Positions 62,310 through 64,000 of a DNA stretch of 64,000 nucleotides are shown here, piece by piece (the stretch's first letter is position 1; the number at the start of each line of letters is the position of its first letter). The position numbers and the translations under genes are program-made. The DNA lies in contig OZ253584.1 of assembly GCA_965263165.1 (NCBI GenBank), positions 64,178 through 128,177 on the forward strand. The letters are read 5' to 3'. This DNA comes from Dehalococcoidia bacterium (GTDB taxonomy: Bacteria > Chloroflexota > Dehalococcoidia > Lucifugimonadales > SAR202-VII-2). The notes below the pieces were generated by a model. The model had not been told where the DNA came from. It searched no databases and saw nothing but the letters and a program-made list of their open reading frames with translations.

Positions 62310-62644
62310 TCGACGGCCTGCCTCGCCTTTTCCTCGTCCTTGCGCCGCTTCCAGGCTTCATACGACTGGCCGGCGGCGGTGTCCCTTCCCGTAAACATGA
62401 TGTTCTCGATGTCCTCTAGGAGAATCCTGTGGGCGGCCCCGTCCTGGTCATAAAGCTGGACGAAAGGCTGTGAAACCTGGGTATTGCGGTTGAAGAGATA
62501 TCCGATTAACTCCGCCCCGTCCTTGCGCACCAGCGTCACGTTGCCCCGGTAGTCGAAGGCGCGCTCCACCACCTCAGCCACGGTGATTCCGCCGCTCAGG
62601 TCCGGCGCCCAGCCCTGGAGACTCTGCTCTTCCTCGTGGATCAT
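62306..62644 (-). CDS. Hypothetical protein in the hopanoid operon
   Basis: AFDYRGNVT...GRDTAAG..YEAW; 4-bp overlap with hpnG. Confidence 0.7.
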   Translation of the reverse strand: MIHEEEQSLQGWAPDLSGGITVAEVVERAFDYRGNVTLVRKDGAELIGYLFNRNTQVSQPFVQLYDQDGAAHRILLEDIENIMFTGRDTAAGQSYEAWKRRKDEEKARQAVE

Positions 62645-62654
62645 CTAGACAGTC

Positions 62655-63677
62655 CTACAGCTTGCCTGAGATAGTCGCTACGGCCGTATCTTTCAAGGCC
62701 CTCAGCGATGAGAAAGTGTGGTTCACGGCTGTCGCCTCGTAGCCGCAGTGGACCATGCAGTCCTGGCACTTGGGATTGCCGCTGGCCTTGCCGTAGTTCT
62801 GCCATTCGGTCTCCTCCAGCAGCTCCTCGAACGTGTCGGCATACCCTTCCTGGAGGAGGTAGCAGGGCTTTTGCCAGCCGAACATGTTGTAGGTTGGGTT
62901 GCCCCAGGGCGTGCACTCGTAGTCCCGCTTCCCCATCAGGAACTGGAGGAACAGCGGCGACTGGTTGAAGTTCCATTCCGACTTCTTGCCTTCCAGGGCT
63001 GTGGCAAACAGCTCCTGCGTCCGCGCCCGGCGCAGGAAATGCTCCTGGTCCGGCGCCTTGGAGTAGCTGTAGCCGGGGGATATCATCATGCCCTCGACCC
63101 CAAGCCCGCTCATCTCGTCGAAAAACTCGCGCATCCGGCTCGGGTCCGCCCCCTCGAAAAATGTCGTGTTCGTCGTCACGCGAAAGCCCCGGTCTTTGGC
63201 CTCGCGCAGCGCCTCCACCGCGATATCGTAAATGCCGTCCCTGCACACCGATTCGTCGTGCTCCTCGCGAAGCCCGTCCATGTGGATGCTGAAGCTCAAA
63301 AACTTCGACGGTTGGAACAACCCCGCTTCCAGCTTCTCCTTCAGCAGAATGGCGTTGGTGCAGAGGTAGATGTACTTCTTCCGTTCGATGAGGGCCTGCG
63401 CCAACTCCCCGATGTACGGGTACATCAGCGGCTCCCCCCCGGCAATGCTCACGATCGGCGCTCCGCACTCGTCGACGGCGCGCAGGCACTCCTCCAGCGG
63501 CAGGTGCTTCTTGATGATCTGCGACGGGTACTGGATCTTCCCGCAACCGGCGCAGGCAAGGTTGCAACGGAAGAGAGGCTCCAGCATGAGCACCAGCGGG
63601 TACCGCTTCCGGCCCTTGAGTTTCTGGCTCACAACGTAGCTGGCGACTGTATAGCTCTGCGACAGGGGAACGGACAT
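62655..63677 (-). CDS. hpnH: Adenosyl-hopene transferase (radical SAM)
   Basis: [43 protein letters not shown]. Confidence 0.93.
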   Translation of the reverse strand: MSVPLSQSYTVASYVVSQKLKGRKRYPLVLMLEPLFRCNLACAGCGKIQYPSQIIKKHLPLEECLRAVDECGAPIVSIAGGEPLMYPYIGELAQALIERKKYIYLCTNAILLKEKLEAGLFQPSKFLSFSIHMDGLREEHDESVCRDGIYDIAVEALREAKDRGFRVTTNTTFFEGADPSRMREFFDEMSGLGVEGMMISPGYSYSKAPDQEHFLRRARTQELFATALEGKKSEWNFNQSPLFLQFLMGKRDYECTPWGNPTYNMFGWQKPCYLLQEGYADTFEELLEETEWQNYGKASGNPKCQDCMVHCGYEATAVNHTFSSLRALKDTAVATISGKL

Positions 63678-63713
63678 TATGCCTTCTCTAGCTGAACTTC
63701 CCTCTGGTCTCGC

Positions 63714-63998
63714 TTATGATTCCCGGTGGAGCAGAAAGGCGGCGAGGTCTTCCAACTCGGTCCTCGCCCACGGCGCCAGGGCCGCGTTGTTGACCTCCTG
63801 CAGCGCCTTCCAACACTGCTCCTCAGCCAACTCCAAGGTCGCCTCGCGGGCGCCGGCGGCCTCCATGACCGCCAACACCTGCGCCACCTCTCCATCCGTC
63901 ATCTCGTCGCTGGACGCGTAAATATCCTGGAGAAACTCAGCGCCGGGACCCGTGGCCCGCTGAAGGGCGTAGACCGCCGGAAAGGCCTTCTTCCTCCG
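63714..63998 (-). CDS. Polyprenyl diphosphate synthase, C-terminal part (5' end outside the window)
   Basis: RRKKAFPAVYAL resembles the KKTLP motif; helical C-terminus ending LLHRES; isoprenoid context. Confidence 0.65.
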   Translation of the reverse strand, partial: RRKKAFPAVYALQRATGPGAEFLQDIYASSDEMTDGEVAQVLAVMEAAGAREATLELAEEQCWKALQEVNNAALAPWARTELEDLAAFLLHRES

Positions 63999-64000
63999 CC

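Overview
GC-rich bacterial DNA whose gene content points (by inference) to a Chloroflexota/Dehalococcoidia lineage such as SAR202. Core-type region, about 1-40 kb: 3' end of an SdhB/FrdB gene plus a CCG-domain (SdhE/HdrB-like) gene, an aminotransferase, NUDIX, NAD kinase, an 11-subunit complex I operon (nuoABCDHIJKLMN, no nuoEFG), amtB-glnK with a GlnR-type box, hisS, prfA-prmC, tag, an M16 peptidase, tRNA-Leu(TAA), and tandem paralogue pairs (Zn-ADH, hydantoinase B, GlcG). Accessory region, about 40-56 kb: a low-GC UG/Abi-type reverse transcriptase; three copies of an unannotated module (sigma70 promoter with an SOS-like box, about 200-nt structured RNA, helically phased 10/11-bp repeat array); an island with a Septu-like ATPase/HNH pair, bounded by a 36-bp duplication of the ferredoxin-reductase 3' end; a DUF3179 UxxC selenoprotein with a SECIS-like hairpin; and single genes separated by a 41-bp repeat. 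The window ends in a hopanoid cluster (hpnH, hpnG, hpnA, shc, hpnC, hpnD). All calls come from reading motifs by eye; no database searches or folding programs were run.
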